From positions 96,001 through 160,000 of the forward strand of contig OY760074.1 in the NCBI GenBank assembly GCA_963663035.1: DNA of 64,000 nucleotides, in the 5' to 3' direction. The stretch is from Acidobacteriota bacterium. Lineage in GTDB: Bacteria > Acidobacteriota > UBA6911 > RPQK01 > JADFOI01. Numbering within the stretch: position 1 is the first letter of the stretch; every line of letters begins with the position of its first letter. Position numbers and translations under genes: made by a program. A model generated the notes under the pieces. That model did not search any database, was not told the DNA's origin, and worked only from the letters and a program-made list of their open reading frames with translations. Below, piece after piece: positions 59,708 to 64,000 of the stretch.

Positions 59708-60802
59708 ATGTGGGGGAAAAGCACTATTCTTTTTCTAGGACTGTTGAGCTTCGCCGTATTTTCACTGGGCACACCCCGAGCCACTCCTCAAGAAGGTGAG
59801 GTCCGGGAAGCGAGCGGGCGGTTCGTGGTTGACGCCGAAACGATCGTTGTCAATGTGCTGGTCACCGACCGGAACGGGAAGCCGCTGCTGGGTTTGCAGA
59901 AGGAGAACTTCCGAGTCTTTGAGGACGGAGAGGAGCAGGAAATTCAGAACTTTTTTCCTGTGGATGCTCCCTTTAGTGTGGGTCTGCTGTTGGACACCAG
60001 TTTCAGCACGGTAGGTAAGCTGGCCAGGATCCAGGATTCTGCCATTGAGTTCCTGGATCAGATTCATCCGGATGACGAAGTGATGGTGATTTCCTTTGAT
60101 GATGAGGTCTACCTGGATGCCGACTTTACTCGCGACAAGGGGGCGGTCGAGCGAGCCATCGATAGGACTCGCTCCGGACAAGGTACCCTGCTCTATGAAG
60201 CGGTCTATTTAGGGATGCAACAGCTGAGGGAGCAACCCCATCGAAAGGTCATGGTGCTCTTTACCGATGGCGTGGACATGATCAGTCCAACGACTTCCGC
60301 CGGGGAGACGGTGGATTTGGCCAAAGAGGCGGAGATCACCATTTATCCGATTTTCTTTAACACCAAGGCCGATGCCCTGGCACGCTTACGAAATCCCCGC
60401 TTGGGAGGGCCCGGTCCGTCTGGAACTCCGTCCAGCAGCCCCTTACCCTTCCCCCTGCCGCTGCCCACACCGCGCCGAGACCCCCGCGACCCGGGCGGTC
60501 GTTTCCCCGAAGAGGAGGGCAGGGAACAGGTGGAGAGAATGTACCAGCAGGCCCGGTACTATCTCGGCCAATTGGCTGAGGTTACGGGAGGAGCCCGTTT
60601 CGAAGCAGCTGGAAACCTGAGCGATCTGGAAGAAGCCTTTTCCAGGATCGCAGAAGAAATGCGAAGCCTTTACACCATTGGGTACGTTCCCAGTAACTCC
60701 CAAGAGGACGGAAAGTTCCGCGAAATCAAAGTTCGGGTCAACCTGGAGGAGGGGCGAGTGAGGACTCGGCAGGGCTATTTCAGTCGCGGGAGAAATGAGT
60801 AA
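59708..60802 (+). CDS. VWA-domain protein (acidobacterial type)
   Basis: VNVLVTD..G, F.VFEDG.EQ.I, DTSFS MIDAS, FTDGVD, Y.IGY.P and VRTRQGY. Confidence 0.9.
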   Translation: MWGKSTILFLGLLSFAVFSLGTPRATPQEGEVREASGRFVVDAETIVVNVLVTDRNGKPLLGLQKENFRVFEDGEEQEIQNFFPVDAPFSVGLLLDTSFSTVGKLARIQDSAIEFLDQIHPDDEVMVISFDDEVYLDADFTRDKGAVERAIDRTRSGQGTLLYEAVYLGMQQLREQPHRKVMVLFTDGVDMISPTTSAGETVDLAKEAEITIYPIFFNTKADALARLRNPRLGGPGPSGTPSSSPLPFPLPLPTPRRDPRDPGGRFPEEEGREQVERMYQQARYYLGQLAEVTGGARFEAAGNLSDLEEAFSRIAEEMRSLYTIGYVPSNSQEDGKFREIKVRVNLEEGRVRTRQGYFSRGRNE

Positions 60803-61015
60803 CTTTTAGGAACCAAGTGTCGACCTCTAGAAAAACACTGACCTTTGTGGCCGTATATATGCCGTATATATAATGTAGTCAGAGTAGTGTATGCTACTAT
60901 GCCAGGATATGCTCCGCTCGTTCACGGAGTAACCTCGAAATCGTCCAGGTATAGGCCACGGGGGAGAGACCTTTGCGTCGTCAGACTGACCTGCCCCCAC
61001 GAACGAGTCCACCCT

Positions 61016-61921
61016 CTATGCTAGACCCGGGACCATTTGAAGTCCACTCCAAGGGATTGGATCCAGTGCCTGCGACCTAGGTAGTTTGGCCTCTGGCGCC
61101 GGCGGCCGATAGGCCAAGGCGCTGTGAGGCCGGATCTGATTGTAATCCCTCCGCCAGCGTTCTACCAACACCTTGGCTTCCCCCAGCGTGTCGAAGATCT
61201 CCATGTTCAGCAGCTCATCCCGTAGTTTCCCGTTGAAACTCTCAATGTACCCATTCTCCCAGGGGCTGCCCGGCTCGATGTACAAGGTCCTTACCCCAAC
61301 AGCCTGCAGCCAGTCCCGGACCGCCTGTGCCGTAAACTCCGATCCGTTATCGGACCGGATAAACTCAGGCACTCCCCGATCAACGAATAACTCCGCCAGC
61401 CGGTCCAACACGTCTTGGTGATTCATCTGCCGTTTCACATCAATGGCGAGGCACTCTCTGGTGTACTCATCCAGGATCGTCAATAGCCGAAAGGCTCGCC
61501 CATCATGGGTCCGTTCATGCACGAAATCATAGCTCCAGACGTGGTTCTTGCGAGCCGCTCGTAACCGAACACAGGAACCGTCATTAAGCCACAGCCTCCT
61601 TCGTTTCGGCTGTCTGGACGGGACTTTCAGCCCTTCTTGTCTCCACAGCCTCTCCACCCGCTTAGGATTCACCTTCCACCCTTCCCCATGAAGTATCGCC
61701 GTGACCCGCCGGTAGCCATAACGCCCGTATTGCGTAGCCAACTCCACCATCCGGGCCACCAATCGGGCCTCATCATCGGGAATTTGCCTTTCCCTTCGCT
61801 GGGTCGATCGAACCTGTCCCAGCACTTGGCAGGCCCGACGTTCGGAGACTCGCTCTGCTCCTAATCGCTCTCGTACCCACATCACCGCTCGTCTCCTGTT
61901 CGCCGGGCCTAGAAGTTTCCC
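61016..61921 (-). CDS. IS3 OrfB
   Basis: As in copy 1. The start is approximate (frameshift site). Confidence 0.9.
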   Translation of the reverse strand, partial: GKLLGPANRRRAVMWVRERLGAERVSERRACQVLGQVRSTQRRERQIPDDEARLVARMVELATQYGRYGYRRVTAILHGEGWKVNPKRVERLWRQEGLKVPSRQPKRRRLWLNDGSCVRLRAARKNHVWSYDFVHERTHDGRAFRLLTILDEYTRECLAIDVKRQMNHQDVLDRLAELFVDRGVPEFIRSDNGSEFTAQAVRDWLQAVGVRTLYIEPGSPWENGYIESFNGKLRDELLNMEIFDTLGEAKVLVERWRRDYNQIRPHSALAYRPPAPEAKLPRSQALDPIPWSGLQMVPGLA

Positions 61922-62187
61922 GAGGACACTTCCTTCAGGATCTGCTTGTCCAAAGACAGATCCGCCACCAGCTTCTTCAACCGGGTATTCTCCTTCTCCA
62001 ACACCTTCAACCTCTTGGCCTGGTCCAACCGGAGCCCTCCGTACTCTTTGCGCCACCGGTAGTAGGTCTGCTCGCTCACCCCCATCTGCTTCGACACCTG
62101 TCCCACCCTCTGTCCTTGGGCCAGACCCACCTCTGCCTCACGCAGCTTCATGATGATCTGTTCTGCCCTAAACCGCTTCCCTGCCAT
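61909..62187 (-). CDS. IS3 OrfA
   Basis: Identical to 20143-20421. Confidence 0.9.
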   Translation of the reverse strand: MAGKRFRAEQIIMKLREAEVGLAQGQRVGQVSKQMGVSEQTYYRWRKEYGGLRLDQAKRLKVLEKENTRLKKLVADLSLDKQILKEVSSGNF

Positions 62188-62253
62188 CCTTGCCTCCTTC
62201 CTAAACCGGAAATCCTAACATTCAAACTGGACTCGTTTTAGGGGGCAAGGTCA

Positions 62254-62564
62254 GGCTCCTGATTCTCCTGCCAGTCTTCGCCGCCCGCGACCTGTCTTTC
62301 GTGCAGTGGTGCAAACTGGGACAATTCCGGCGTCCGGAACTTGTAGCTGTGGTCTATCTGATCCTGGCCTATTCGCTACCGGCGCTGGTGCTGTCCTCGT
62401 TTGGGGTCGAGAGCGGTTTCTATTTCTTTGCTCCGGTGCCCCAGGCTGACTCAAGCTTTTTCTGGGTTGTGCTGCCCGGCCTGGGGCAAGCAGCTGTCAT
62501 GACGTTTCTCCTGGGAGCAAGGATCCGCAAGCTGGTGGAACCCGCCCCTGAGGATCAGAGATAA
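62254..62564 (+). pseudogene. 3' fragment of a membrane-protein gene cut by IS3
   Basis: Hydrophobic reading frame that begins at the IS edge. Confidence 0.5.
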
Positions 62565-62579
62565 GGGATGTCTCTGTAG

Positions 62580-62724
62580 CCGGGATTATGCATAGGTTTT
62601 CGTGACGAAGTGCCGCTGGCGCCGCGATGACAAGGCGTGCGAGGGGTACCCGCTTGCGGGTCGCACAACGCAGTCAGCGTGGATGATTGCGGCACTGCAG
62701 TAGACAATTTATGCATAATTCCGG
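62580..62724. mobile_element. 145-bp MITE with IS1380-like ends
   Basis: CCGGGATTATGCATA ... TATGCATAATTCCGG terminal IRs. The left end is one mismatch from the copy-3 IS end CCGGGATTATTCATA. Flanks are GTAG and CTTG. Confidence 0.8.
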
Positions 62725-62749
62725 CTTGAGGGTTATAGTAGACAAAGTG

Positions 62750-63331
62750 ATGTTGAACGAAACCTATATCGTCGTATTGCTTGCCGTGCTTGCTGTTTCC
62801 TTGATTTATTTCATCTGGAAGCGGATGAGCTCACCTGCTAGTCTGGAGACCCGGAAAAGGGCGGAAGTTGAACGACCACTCGATACCAGGCCAGTCAGGG
62901 AAGGTCCTAAGGTCTTGCTTGCTTATGACATCGATCTCCGTGAAGAAGCAGCATGGGCCAGGGAGAAAGCGATGAACCTACAAAATTCTGGTGGACCTGC
63001 TTTCAAGGTGCAGATTCAGACCATTCAACACAAAAACTTTACAGCAAGGTTCCCTGTCATTCCTGAACTCATCAAGGGGGAGAGCAAGTCAGCCCAGGGC
63101 GAAGTTTATCAGGATGGAAAGATAGCGGGATTGCTAAGGAACGACTTTGTTCGTATTCTGGAAGCCATCGTGCAGGACAGTGATCGTAAAGACGTGATCC
63201 ATGTGGAAGCTCGTGTCCTATACGAAGATGGGGAAGGAACGAAGTTTTGTTCCGTACACGACATTGAGTATGGCCCGGGAGCGAAAAAGGTAAAAACAGT
63301 CTTGAAATGGAACGGAAAAGAGGAGAGCTAG
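62750..63331 (+). CDS. Membrane-anchored hypothetical protein
   Basis: N-terminal TM and an ORF with lower GC. Confidence 0.6.
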   Translation: MLNETYIVVLLAVLAVSLIYFIWKRMSSPASLETRKRAEVERPLDTRPVREGPKVLLAYDIDLREEAAWAREKAMNLQNSGGPAFKVQIQTIQHKNFTARFPVIPELIKGESKSAQGEVYQDGKIAGLLRNDFVRILEAIVQDSDRKDVIHVEARVLYEDGEGTKFCSVHDIEYGPGAKKVKTVLKWNGKEES

Positions 63332-63333
63332 AG

Positions 63334-64000
63334 ATGAGAGTACCCCGGCGAGCAAGCAGAGTCTGCGGGGCGGGGCTCCTGTTCTGGTTGGTGTGTGGCG
63401 TCCCGATGGCAGGGGAGCTGGCGGCCTCCGAGACTCGATCGCCTGAGCTCGAGCCTACCCTCCACGCCCGAGCCATGGATCGGGCCAGCCACTTACCTCG
63501 GCTCCGCAGCCTGCTGGTCTCGATCGACGGAGTGCTGGTCGAGGAGCAGTACTTCCACGGCGCACGATCCTCGGACGGGGCCAATATGAAGTCGGCCTCC
63601 AAAAGTGTCATCTCGATGCTGGTGGGGATCGCCCTCGATCAAGGGTATCTCGAGAGCGTGCGGGACCCGATCCAAAAATACTTCCCCGAATACCTGGGCG
63701 GAACGGATGATCCTGCCAGGAAGGACATCACCATCGAGGACCTGTTGACGATGCGGTCGGGGCTCCAGAGCACCAGCAACCGCAACTATGGGAGGTGGGT
63801 GCAGAGCAGCAACTGGGTGCGTCACGTGCTCACGCGTCCCATGGTTGACGAACCGGGCGGTCGCATGATCTACAGCACGGGAAGCACGCACCTCCTGTCG
63901 GCGCTATTGACCAAGGCCACCGGCATGAGCACCCTGGACTTCGCTCGTCGCTACCTGGGGGAGCCGCTTGGCATCTCGATCCGCCCCTGGACGCGCGACC
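63334..64000 (+). CDS. Serine hydrolase / class C beta-lactamase family (runs off the window)
   Basis: Hand translation gives MRVPRR...NMKSASKS (SxxK)...ITIEDLLTMRSG...PGGRMIYSTG. Confidence 0.85.
   Translation, partial: MRVPRRASRVCGAGLLFWLVCGVPMAGELAASETRSPELEPTLHARAMDRASHLPRLRSLLVSIDGVLVEEQYFHGARSSDGANMKSASKSVISMLVGIALDQGYLESVRDPIQKYFPEYLGGTDDPARKDITIEDLLTMRSGLQSTSNRNYGRWVQSSNWVRHVLTRPMVDEPGGRMIYSTGSTHLLSALLTKATGMSTLDFARRYLGEPLGISIRPWTRD

Larger units (their letters stand above)
60987..62253 (-). mobile_element. IS3-family insertion sequence, copy 2 (inverted relative to copy 1)
   Basis: Same IRs as copy 1. OrfB differs by one residue (AEQV vs AERV). No TSD (gac vs ggc). Confidence 0.95.

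Noticed and set aside
20074-60986. Past inversion between the IS3 copies, suggested by a shared GTC flank
   Set aside because: Only one of the two flank pairs matches (3 bp), and joining the flanks gives an immediate stop instead of continuing the gene.
1-64000. CRISPR array, DGR or retron
   Set aside because: I saw no regularly spaced repeats, cas genes, reverse transcriptase or TR/VR pair with A-specific mismatches. The 132-bp kinase duplication appears identical.
1-64000. Complete integron or prophage
   Set aside because: There is no tyrosine or serine recombinase and no phage structural genes. Only one partial attC-like arm was seen.

Overview
This is a bacterial accessory region with no core housekeeping genes. 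The gene families (Ser/Thr kinase-TolB/PD40 fusions, VWA, DUF5916, many secreted amidases, amidohydrolases and tannases) suggest Acidobacteriota, which is an inference. It carries three near-identical 1639-bp IS1380-family elements with CTAG at every visible flank, one splitting a homocysteine S-methyltransferase. It also carries two inverted IS3-family copies, an IS1380-type MITE and an apparently collapsed 22-bp MITE scar. The cargo is a patchwork of unrelated single genes and short operons. Five signals go beyond the ORF list. (1) A family of about 9 related TTGCYT-N17/18-TAGCAT/TACTAT promoter-leader modules sits in front of unrelated genes, linked to stubs of the kinase start (MIGKTLSH), two of which break at the same base. 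(2) A UxxC selenoprotein (AhpC/TSA + DsbD-N) is split at UGA and followed by a SECIS-like hairpin. (3) There are orphan 3' fragments of tRNA-Asn and tRNA-Leu. (4) A half attC-like site follows hicBA. (5) A scrambled kinase/IS1380 mosaic is probably a consensus artefact of a polymorphic insertion. All calls come from reading the sequence; no database searches were run.
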